In this document: positions 53,605 to 64,000 of the stretch, piece by piece
Numbering within the stretch: the stretch's first letter is position 1
Layout: each line of letters starts with the position of its first letter
DNA from: Cyanophora paradoxa CCMP329
Lineage: Eukaryota > Plantae > Glaucophyta
DNA: 64,000 nt
Direction of reading: 5' to 3'
Assembly: GCA_004431415.1 (NCBI GenBank)
Contig: QPMI01000562.1
Coordinates: 1 to 64,000, forward strand
Notes under the pieces: model-generated
What the model was told of the DNA's origin: nothing
Seen by the model: the letters and a program-made list of their open reading frames with translations, nothing else
Databases searched by the model: none
Translations under genes and position numbers: made by a program

Positions 53605-56600
53605 ATGCTTCGTGGCCTGGTGGCTCGCGCGGCGCTCCTGCATCGGCTGCCGGCTGTTCATCAAGCTACATCAGCTCCCGTGTACCGCTCGATCCGGCTC
53701 TTCCGGGTCGACCGTCTAGCGCGGCCGCCAGCCTCCTCGCGGGACGCAGACATGGCCTCGCGGATCGCCTACCTGCAAGTGCTCGGCACAGACACGGCGG
53801 ACACGACGCCGGGCTGCTTCCTGTTCACCGACCGTCAGCGGTACCTGTTCAACGTAGGCGAGAATACGCAGCGCTTCTGCCTGGAGCACGGAGTGCGGCC
53901 GACGAAGATCAACCACGTGTTTCTGTCGGACATCACGCCAGAATCCAGCGCGGGGCTCCCCGGTGCGCCTCACGGCCTCCCGATCGGAAGCGCCGCGCAC
54001 TAGCGCCGACGCGGTCGGCGCGCAGGCATGCTGCTCACAATCGCGGACGCGGGAGCGACTCAGCTGCAGGTGCACGGGCCACGGAACACCGAGCGCTTCC
54101 TGCAGGCGACGCGCTACTTCATGCAGCGGTCCGCTCGCCGCCGATCGCCACGTGCGGCGCCGCGCCCCCGCCGACGCTCGTCCCGCAGCACCGCTTTCAA
54201 GCTCACCATCAAGGAGCACGACAACGCGCCGGACGGGGCCGAGCCGCAGCCGTTCCAGGTGCCCGCCCGTGCCCCGGCCCCCCGCGCGCTCCGCGACGCC
54301 TCGCGAGACCGCCGACGGCAGGACGAGGACATCACGGTCTGGCCCGTTATCATCCACGCGAAGCCGGAGGCGCGGAGCGGGGAGGAGCCGCCCGCCAAGA
54401 AGGCCCGAGGGGCGGGGTGCGCTTCTCTCGCCCCGCCGCCCCACCCCCCGCCTCTCTGGGGCCCTGGCCGACCCCCCTCACAGCGGCGCGCTGGCGCTAC
54501 CCCCCATTTGCGTCTACGTGGTGCGCCCCTGCGGCCGCACCCGCGCCGCCTCGAAGCAAACGCCGTGCGGCAGGCCAAGGTCGCGGACACCCCCGGCAAG
54601 TTCAACCCGGTGAGGGCGAGGGAGCTCAAGCTCACCCCGGGGCCCGACTACGGTGCGAGCCGCCCGCCGCCCGCCGCCCCGCGCCCCTTCCGTCCGACCT
54701 CGCCTCCCGCAGCGCGGCTCACGCGCGGGGAGAGCGTCCGCAACGCCGACGACGTATTGATCAGACCCGACCAAGTCATCGGCCCACCCGTGCCCGGGCC
54801 GGTCCGCGACCCGCAGGCCTACTCGTACGCTCCGCGCCCACGACGCCGTACCCCTCCTGCGCAGGTCTCGATTGTCTTGCGGTGCCCCGACCTGGGGTAC
54901 ATCGATTCCCTCGTCTCCCACCCGGGCCTTGCCGAGTGCTACGCCGGTATCCCCCTTTTCGGCCTTGCTTCCGCACTGCTGTACCCGTCCCGTAAACTGC
55001 GAGTGTAGGGGGGAGCCGCGCGGCGCGATTGGTCGTCCACATGACCGAGCAGGCGAGCGCTCGCCCGGCGCTCCCTCACCCGTCTTGCTCACTGTACCCC
55101 CGGGGCTCAGGCGGTCCTGGACGACGAGAGGTACAGGAAATGGATGGAGCGGTTCGGTGACGACTGCGCGGTGTGCCCCGCGTGCCCCCCGCGCCGCGCG
55201 GGTCTGCACCCCGCCCTGCCCTCACCCCGGGCCGCAGCACATTGTGGTGAACGCGAAGCAGAGCCCGCAGCGGGTGCGCCCGGCGCCGCGCGGGGGCGGG
55301 GCCGGGCCCCCCGTGCGACGCGGCGCGGCAGGTGATCTTCCGGGCGGCGGCGGCGCACAACGCGCGCCTCTCCGCCATCGACGAGCGCGTCTTCCCCGTC
55401 CCCCACTTCCAGAACGTGCGTCCGCCCGCCCCGCCCCCGCCCCCTCCTCCCCTCCCCGGCTGAGGTGCCGCGTCCCCCACTTTCGCGGGCAGCCCTCCGA
55501 GGCGAGCTGCAAGCAGCCGGCGGCTCTCCGTGCGCGGCGCCCCTCCCCGCCCGGCCCCTCCCGCGGCGGGGCTTGACGGGGGCGGGCAGCGGGGCTCCCC
55601 GGGCGGGCCGTGGCGGGGGACGCGATGATGAAGTTCGTGCTCAAGCCGCCCGAGAAGCTCGGCGTGCTCTGCGACGAGGCGCGCCCCCGCCCCCGCCCCG
55701 CCGGCGGCCCGGCGCCTGAGCGCGGGGCCAGGTGCCGGGCCCCGTGGGGCTGGAGACGGTGCGGGGGAGGTGCTGCGGATGCCCGACGTCCTCGCCGCCA
55801 GGAACCGCATGGTGCCCGCCCCGCCCCGCCCCGCCCCGCCCCGCCCTTTCCTTCGTCCCCCGACAGGCCCCCGCCCGCAGCTCGCGCGGCTGGCCGAGGC
55901 CGGCATGGCCCCGGCGCCGGCCCCGCCCCGGCCCCCGCGGGAGCCCGCGCTCGCCCAGGGTCCTCCCTCCCCTCCCCTCCCCGCCAGCGCCCGCGCCGGC
56001 GCCCCGCGCCTCTGTCGGCTCACGAGGCGGGGGCAGAGGCGGGGGAAGGGGCGGGGCGACACGGGCGGCCTCGAAGACGCGGCCGAGCTCCTCGTCTCGG
56101 GGGGCGCCCCCGCCCCCGCCGGTCCGCCCCGCCGGCCCCCGCCGGCCGCGACTGGGGGCTGACGCCGCGAGCAGCCGGGCGCTCGCCTCCGCGGAGGAGC
56201 CCCGCCTCGGGCCGCGAGGTGCGCCCCGGCCCGCCGCCACACGCTGGCCCGCCCCGGGCCCCATGGACGCCCCGCAGGCCCCGGGCGCCCCGCCTCGCCC
56301 CCGCCCGCCCGCGCCACCGTGTACGCCCCGGGCCCCCCGCCCCGTCCTTCCGCGTGCCCCGCCGACCCGAGTTGCGGTACCCCCGCGCCTTGCAGGGACT
56401 GCTTGTCGGAGCCGTGCCCACCGTTCCTCCAGAACATCTCCCCCCGGGAGGCCGAGCTCGTCTTCCTGGGTACCGGCTCCGCCCTCCCCTCCAAGCTCCG
56501 CAACGGTCCGCGCGCCCCGTACCCCCCGCAGGGCGCCCCCCCCCCTCCCCCTCGCCCTCAACGCGGTACCCCAGTGTCGGCGATCTTTCTGAACCTGTTC

Positions 56601-58276
56601 GACAAGGGCACGGTGCTGCTGGACTGCGGGGAGGGCACGTACGGGCAGATCGTCCGCAAGTACGGCGCCGAGGGGGCCCGCACGGTGCCCCGCCCCCCCG
56701 CGCACGCGCGCGCGCCGGCCCCGGCGGGGCGGGGCGTCGAGCGGGGTGCTCCCCGCAGGCGCTGGCGGGCCTGCGGCTCGTGTGGATCTCGCACTTCCAC
56801 GCCGACCACCACGTCGGCCTCGTCAAGGCGCGCGCACCCGCCTCCCTTCCCGCCGCCTCCCCGCAGCTTACCGAGCTTCGGTATCCCCAGATCCTCGAGG
56901 AGCGGTGGCTGGTACCGCCCTCCCTCAAGCCCGCCCGCCGCGCTGCGCCCTCGCCTGACGCGCCGCAGCTGAAGCAGGAGGGGCTGATCCCGCGTGACGA
57001 CACGGTCCTCGTCGTGGGGCCCTTCCAGGTAGCCCCCGCGCCCCTCCCGTTCCCCCTCTTCCCCCGGGTCGACGCGGAACCCGGCAGGTGGGGAGCTGGC
57101 TGCGGGACTACAACCGGCTGTACCCCCTGGACTACGAGTTCGTCGACTGCAAGGAGATCAAGGCGCGCCCCCGTAAAGGGGCCGCGAGCCGCGAGCCGCT
57201 CTCTCTTTTAACTCGAACGGCGCGCAGGAGACGGGGAGCGGCGGGGGCGGCCTCGTGACGTGCGGCGCCCCCTTCCCCCCCTGGCCGCCCCCCGTCCCTG
57301 CCTCCCCGAGCCTCCCCCCGGCCCCCTCGGCCCCACAGGAAGGCGAAGGAGGCCCTCGGGCTCTCCTCCCTCTCCAACGTCCCCGTGCGCCCCGCCCGCC
57401 CGCCCCGCCCGCCCGCGGCGCCCCCGCCGAGCGAGGCCGCAGGTCATCCACTGCACGGAGGCCTACGCCGCCATCCTCGAGTCCAAGACTGGCTGGAAGC
57501 TGGCCCGCCGCCCGCCCCGCCCCGCCCCGCCCCGGCGCGGGGCTCGCTCGCTGACGGGGGCGAGCTCAGGTCTACTCGGGGGACACGCGGCCGTGCCCGG
57601 CGCTGGTGGAGGCGGGGCGCGGCGCGACGCTCCTCATCCACGAGGCGACCCTCGAGGACAGCATGCTCGAGGCCCGCGCCCCGCCCCGCCCCGCCCGCCT
57701 CGGCCGGCCTGAGGGGGCGGGGCGGGGCGGGCAGGACGCGAAGGCGAAGCGGCACTCGACCTTCTCCGAGGCCCTCGACGTCGGCCGCCGGTGCCCGCCC
57801 CGCCCGCCCTCCCCCGCTGCCCTCTGACCCCGCGGCCGGGGCCGGGGGGCAGCATGGAGGCCTTCCGCGTCATCCTCACGCACTTCAGCCAGGCCCGCCC
57901 CCGCCCTCCCCGCCCCGCCCCGCGCGCCTCGAGCCTCGCCCCTCGCAGCGCTACCCGAACGTGCCGGCGCTGGAGGTGGGCGGGGCGGGCCACCTCACCC
58001 TCGCCTTCGACCTCATGACCGTCAACTTCGCCCAGCTCCGGTGCCCCCGCCCCCGCCCCCGCCCCCCCGTCGGCGCCGAGGAGCGCGGCTGAGGGGGCGG
58101 GCGGGCGCAGGGCGCTGCCGCTGCTGCTGGAGCCGGTCTCGCGCCTCTTCGACATGTCCCGGTGCGCCGCGCCGCCCCGCCCCGCCCCGGGGCGCGCGGG
58201 GCCCGACGCGGGGCGCAGGCGGGAGCCCGAGGACGAGGACGAGCGCGGCATGACCCGCATCCTCTCCGCCCCGTAG
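53605..58276 (+). CDS. ELAC2: Long-form ribonuclease Z with N-terminal presequence, many introns
   Basis: [74 protein letters not shown]. Confidence 0.95.
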
Positions 58277-59018
58277 CTATAGCCGCCCCCGCCCCGCCCC
58301 GCGGCCGCGTCGGCGTCGACGTTCGATCCATCGAGCCCCCCTGCCGCCGCCGCCACCGGCGCGGCGCCGCGAAGACTCTTGAAGAGGCAGGGCCTATACC
58401 TAGTAGTGGTGTCCAGAATGATATAATGATCGATCGCGAACAGCTGCAGCCGAGTATCAAGAACTTGCAATACTAGCTATAGTTGGGGAATTCGAAGGGA
58501 AAAACACTTCCAATGTCCCTCTCCTTTGAATTCGGGCCCAATTACAATTGCAACCCTTCCCCAAATCCCGTTTCCTCGACCTCCTAAAAACCCGGGCCGC
58601 GCGGTATATCCTGAAATTAAAGCCCGTGGCCATCTCAAGGAGACCCCGAAACCGGGTCGCCATGTATAGTGCAGTATTGCATGCGTTTGGGCGTTGACCA
58701 CGTGCACACAGCAGATCTAGAATGATCCCACAATCGCGTTCAGTCACATTGCAGCGGACTCGCACATGGACGAAGCGCAAAAAACTACAAAATGATACAT
58801 ATATATATGCAATTGTTGTGGAAAATCGAAAACACAGTCGTGATCAAGCTGGCACTGGCACAGGGATTGCAGTGCACGGCGGCGCCTCTGCCTCTCCACG
58901 ACCACCACAGAAAACATCAAACTTGAAAGCGATAAGATCGACTGCTTCTCTGCAGACGCGCAGGCCGGCCTGAGCCTCGACAAGGCCGGAGCGGGCCGGC
59001 GGCGGGGCCGCGGCGGGG

Positions 59019-62000
59019 CTACTGCTTCTTGGCGATGGCGGAGGCGATGGCGGAGGCGAAGAGGCGCGCAGTGGCGACCTCGTCGTCGCTGAAGTACTCG
59101 CAGCGCTCCCCGACCGCCGCCTTCCACCTGTCCCGCCCAAGTCAGCTCAGCGCGCGGCGCCGGGCGGCGCCGCGTGAAGATTGGAGCGCACAGAACGAAA
59201 GAGTTCTGCGGGCCCAGCTTGCCCTTGTCCGCCTCCGTGAGAGGCTTGTGGTTCTCGCCGATCCAGTCGACCGACTGCGAGGAGGTCGCGTCAGAGGCGC
59301 GCGCGCGCGCGCGCTGGCGGGTCTTCCCCGAGCCCCGTGCGGACAGGAGGCGCTAGAGGGCGGTGCCGGAGCACCTGGAGGGCGGGCCGCCGGAACCAGA
59401 AGGCGGTGACGCCCTGGCCACCGTTCTGGTTGCCGTAGACGGAGACAGCGAGGAAGCCGCCCTTCCAGGACAGAGCCTTCCCGTCCACGCGGCAGTCCGT
59501 CTGCGCCGCCGCGCGCGTCGGGGGCGCATCCGGCAGAGGCGCAGCGGCCGTCTCGTGTGCGACGAGTCCACCGCAGGCGCCCGCACCGGTGCGTTGTCCG
59601 AGACCCAGACGTCGTGGCGCGAGGCGGACTTGGAGTTGTCGGGGTAGCGCCTGCGCGCGCGCCGTCACGCTCAGGCCGAGCCTCGAGCGTGCAGCCGCGA
59701 GGTGAGGTGGCGGTGGAGCCGCACCGGACGCTGCTCTTGCCCGAGTGGAGGAGCTGCGCGAGCCACTCGAGCTCGCCCTCCTCGACCACCTGCGCGCCCC
59801 GTCGGCGCCCGCGCGCCCCGGGCCACTGGAACTCTGGCGCCCGCGCTCCGCCCCCCCCCCCCCCCCCCCCCCCCTCCTCCTCCTTCCTTTCGCCCGCCCC
59901 TCCCCCTGCCTTTTCTGAGCAGCGCCGAGGGGAGGGAGGTCACCTCGCCGGCCTTGGCCGCCCGCTTCGTTGAGAGGTCCAAGACGACGGAGCCGCTGGC
60001 GGGGCCCTCTCAGCGCGCCGCCCCCTCGGGCTGCCAACCCCCCAACCGCTTGCAGACCTGCACTTCGGGATGATGGCTGCGATGGAAGCATTCAGCGCGC
60101 TCGCGTCGGGGCTCCCTTCAGCCGGCCGCGCGACAGCCCAGAGCCCAATGTCCGGAGGGCCGGCCGTCACTGCTTCGCCACCGGCGGTGTTCGAACCTGC
60201 GCATGTTCGTGTTCAGTACCGGTCCGGCAGGGCCGGCTGCGCGAGGGCGAGGCAGGGCGGCTGGGCCGCACCGATGGCAAGGAGCTGCAGGCGGCGGCGC
60301 GGCGTGCGCAGGCGCGAATGCATCGGGGTCGGGCGGCAGCGCCCCGGGGCGGGCGCGGGGCGGGGGCACCTCGGTGGGGGCGAGCAGGGCGCGCTCCTTG
60401 GCGAGGCGCGTCTGGTCCCGCGTCGCCGACTCCAGGCAGCGCGAGAAGAGCTGCCGCCCCCGCCCCCGCCTCAGCGAGCGCCCCCGCCCCGCCGGCGTCC
60501 ACCGGCTCCGGAGGGCGCGCACCTGAACGATACCGACGAGGGACGTGCGGGCCTTGTACGAGACGTACATTCCCTTCTGCAAGGCGCGAGAAGTAGTGAT
60601 CAGCACAGGGCGCGGCGGCGAAGCGGCTTCGGGCGAAGAGCGCGCGTTGTGGTGGTACATCGAAACGAGCCCCCAGAGCTTGTTGTTCGCGATGATCTGC
60701 CGCGCACGTGAGCCGGCGGCGATTGCGCGACCGAGCACGAGGCCTTCGCGCGCGCGCGCGCACCGAGTAGACGAGCTGCGTCCGCGAGTTGGAGTTGGTG
60801 TTGAACTCCCTGACGCAGCGCGCGGGAGCGCTGCAGGGCGGCGTCAGGGGCGCCCCGACGCGACGCGGCGCCGTGCACGCGGCGGAGGCGCACCGGGAGT
60901 TGCAGTAGTACATGTCCAGCGCGTGCTTCTTCTCGGGGTGCAGCTCCGGGAAGAGCCCGACGCCCTCTGCGAGCGGGGCCCGTCACGCGCACCGACGCGC
61001 CGACCGAGTCGCCCGCCCACCGAGCAGCATCTAGTGGAGGACTCGGGGCGCGCGCACCGTCGGTCGAGTCGAGTATGAGTCGGGCGCGCGAGGCGTAGAA
61101 GATGGCGCGGGAGAAGACGGGGATGTCGGTCGCTGGGGCGGGGCGGCTCGGTCAGCGCGGCGCGCGCGACGAGGAGGCCGGGGCGGCGCCGACCGGGGAA
61201 GTGGAGCCCGAGGTACGGCGTCAGCTTCGCGTCGCGGAGCGTCTCGCTGCGCACGTGGCCGTGCCCCTCCCTGCCGCCGCAGGGCGCCCCGCGTGAGCGC
61301 CGGCAGAAAGTGCTTCCCGGAAGCGTAACCGCGCACTTGGAGAAGGCGAAACAGCTGCGCGCGGGAGCGGCGGTCAGCGGGGATCTCGAGCGGCGCGACG
61401 CCCCCGGAGGTGCGCACCAGACGCGGTCGAAGCCCGAGACCTCGGAGAGGACCTCCGTCACCACCCGGCAGAGCGCCGCCTCGTCGGACTCGCCCTGGAG
61501 GCGCTCTGCCGGGCGCGAGCACGGCCGTCGGCGGGCGCCCGCGCGGAGGAGCGTTGCGAGTCTCGGGGCCGCACCTCTGCCCTTCAGCATCAGCGCCGCG
61601 GGGTACGCGTCGAACGCGGCGAAGCCGTTCGGCAGTGTGTCTTCCTCCTTCTCGAGGAAAGGCTCCAACTCAAGAACGGCTGAGAGGGGGTAATCAGGAC
61701 GACATCGATGAGCCCCAAAAGACAGAAGCCCTGGCAGAGCTTACCGCAACCCCTGCAGGGATCGGCGTGTCAGAAACGCGATGGAATGGGATAAAATGAT
61801 CTTCAGCTAAGCGGCAAGGACTCACCCTCGATCGTTCTCGGAGCCTGGGGGCCGGTGGAGGATGCCGTACCACTTCGAGCCGCGCTGAGCGGTCAGGGTG
61901 AGGGGCATGGCCGCTTGGAGCTCCTCGTTCGAACTCCCCGCGCGCAGGCAGGCGCGGATCTCCTCTACAGACTTGTCGGAGAGGATCGTGTCGAGCGTGT

Positions 62001-62545
62001 CCCCCGCCACTTTGTCCGGCTTCACGCCCAGCAGAGTCTGATCATGCAACCTTGGATGAGAAGGGTCCAACGATCGAGCACACGGGCCCGCGGGGGGATG
62101 CGCACCTCGGTGTTTTTGGAGATCTGTTGGACGACCAGGTCGGACTCCCTCAGCACGGCCAGCACACAGAAGGACTGCACGAGTCTAGACGGTGGAAAGA
62201 GCGTCAGTCGCATCGATGCGCACGGACCGCATGCCGCTGCCTAATCAACATTCATGCGCATAGATACAGATCGCTATGGTGAAGGCCCCTGGCGCGGGCG
62301 CACTGTGCAGTCATCATCTCGGCCTCCTGCGTTCAGTATGGTCAGCAACAGACACAGTTAAGAGTAAGCTCAATGCGCACAGCGTGCTCGCTCTCGGTGT
62401 GGGCGGTAGCTTTGATAGCCTGCATGGACATGGTCTCGGTGGACCCCTGAGGAAGCTTACTGTCGCCGCCGGGTTTGTCGTTAGTGGTCTGGCCTGCAGA
62501 GCCTGATGAGCCACCCTCGCCCGCTTGGCTTGGAGCACAGCCCAT
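59019..62545 (-). CDS. Phytochrome photosensory module (PAS-GAF-PHY), no output domain seen
   Basis: VQSFCVLAVL..QQISKN, GFDRVW, GHGHVRSE, YLGLHFPATDIP, RCVREF, LWGLVSMYH, FWFR, LGPQNSF. The 3' end could extend to 58,844 by one more intron. Confidence 0.9.
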
Positions 62546-63399
62546 GTTGTTCGGATTGCAGCTGATATCTCGACTCGGCGATAGATTTAGACTGATAGTT
62601 CACTGCCGCAGCGGTTGTGCGCTTAAATACGCGGCGCACTGCCGCCGAACCGCTGCTGGGAGTTACTAAGAACAGCTGCGCAGCGAGCTCAAGTAACGCC
62701 CAGGCGAAACCGGGCCGCTCGCCGCAGCTAGCCTGACTACAGCGCTCCTCCGGGATCGTGCGATTTTAGCGAAGGCGGCGCTTCCTTCGGCGCCTCCGCA
62801 GCAGCTGCAGCAACAACCTGCAAGCTTAGGACAGAGGCTCTCAAGAAAGCCTCTCTCCGCTCCCGCCTGGGTACAGTGGATTCTTCCTTCGCGCTGATTG
62901 GTCAGAACTTCTTTCTTGTCCGCGTCGAATCGAGCTCTCGAAACGCCAAACGGCCATGCGGCCGCGGCATGAGCGGCTGATGAGCCGCATGACTGATCAT
63001 GACGCCGCTGCACTGCGGCAGCCTGCAGGCTGCAGCCCGGCGGCCGCCGCGGCGCGCGAGTCACGCTGGCATCATCAATTCATCATGCCATCATGCCGAC
63101 TCGAGCTCGAGCTCATTAAATATTGCCAACGATATCGATGGATATATATATATTTCCTGCTTTAATTTACATGTACATTATATATATACACGAACCATAT
63201 ATATACATCTAAAAGCCTTGAAGTTTTTAACATTAAACATTATATTAAAAACGGACACGCGTACGCGGTCGACTTCGAATTCGCCGTCACTTCGGGAATC
63301 GGGCCCGGACCCGTTCCGACTCTTCGGAGTCTCTTCCGAGCCGTTAACGTTCGGCACCATCATGCCACTATGGCCATCGGCACGTCACCCGTCACTGAA

Positions 63400-64000
63400 T
63401 CACGTGCAATGCATATATATATGGTGCTGCAGTGCAGCTGCACTGGGGCACCGCGGACCGCGGTCCGCGGCTGCCACCGCCGCGCGCAGCACCGCCGCAC
63501 CCGGCGCATGCGCACCGGTACCGGACCACAGCTCGCCCCCCCCCCCCCCCCGCCCCCCTCCCCTCCACCCCCTGGGCGCCCTGCCCTCCCCCCTTCCCCC
63601 CTCCCCTCTTCGGAACTCAGCGCCCCCCCCCCCCCCCCCCCCCCCCCCCGCGGCCGGCGGGCTGGCGCTGGCCCCGGGCCCGTCGCCCCGCAGCTGAACC
63701 TCTGAGATTGACAAGAACGCCCGAGGCTCTGAAAGCGATTCACGGCTCGTGGAGTCGCGGCTCGTCGGGGGAGAGAGCCTGATGTCGAGGCCTAGATGTC
63801 GGGGCCTAGATGTCGAGGACACGGTTGGGCCCTGCGGCGAGGAGGACGTGGGTGGTGGCCCAGCCCTTGGCCTCGAGCTGCCGGGCGAAGTCCCCGAAGG
63901 ACTGCGCGGGGCGGTCGGGGGCCGGGGGCGGGAGGGCGGGGCGGGGCGGGGCGGGGCAGGGCGTGGGGGACCTGCATGGTGTAGGCGTGGGACTCGCGGA
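63400..64000 (-). CDS. 3' part of an unidentified host gene running off the window
   Basis: Exon/intron pattern (RESHAYTMQ|gtcccc...cag); no recognisable motif. Confidence 0.3.
   Translation of the reverse strand, partial: PRVPRLHHAGPPRPAPPRPAPPSRPRPPTAPRSPSGTSPGSSRPRAGPPPTSSSPQGPTVSSTSRPRHLGLDIRLSPPTSRDSTSRESLSEPRAFLSISEVQLRGDGPGASASPPAAGGGGGGGGGAEFRRGEGGRGEGRAPRGWRGGGRGGGGGELWSGTGAHAPGAAVLRAAVAAADRGPRCPSAAALQHHIYMHCT

Noticed and set aside
40377-58276. Functional cluster of mitochondrial genes (MIC10, LYRM1, NDUFB10, RNase Z)
   Set aside because: Could easily be chance in a gene-dense genome; no shared regulatory motif was seen.
35000-64000. Dozens of long Arg/Gly/Pro/Ala-rich ORFs in the six-frame track
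   Set aside because: These result from extreme GC content and intron read-through; the real genes are spliced and were called from conserved motifs.

Overview
The window has two parts. Bases 1-34,032 are AT-rich, intron-free and strongly CpG-depleted, and hold two related endogenous Polinton-like/Maverick-like DNA viruses in mirror orientation about 390 bp apart. Copy A (1-~6,258) is partial. Copy B (6,645-34,026; 27,382 bp) is complete, with ~880-bp terminal inverted repeats (TIRs) and a perfect 6-bp target-site duplication (GAGACT). Copy B encodes an rve integrase, a protein-primed PolB with an eroded exonuclease domain, a Prim-Pol/D5 helicase, an A32-type ATPase, a major capsid protein, two divergent minor capsid genes, a patatin-discoidin fusion, a 1,942-aa phage-like fibre with an S74 chaperone domain, and a bacterial-type S-adenosylmethionine decarboxylase. 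Each TIR ends in a 283-bp unit bounded by its own 28-bp inverted repeat. Bases ~34,033-64,000 are a very GC-rich protist chromosome with many short introns, often GC-AG. Host genes recognised are SmD2, MIC10, a four-domain voltage-gated channel with an unusual A-D-D-D filter, LYRM1, NDUFB10, long-form RNase Z, and a phytochrome with an MGCxxS N-terminus, Cys-Val at the bilin site and no output domain. A glaucophyte such as Cyanophora is a plausible host, but this is inference. All calls come from reading motifs by eye; no searches were run.
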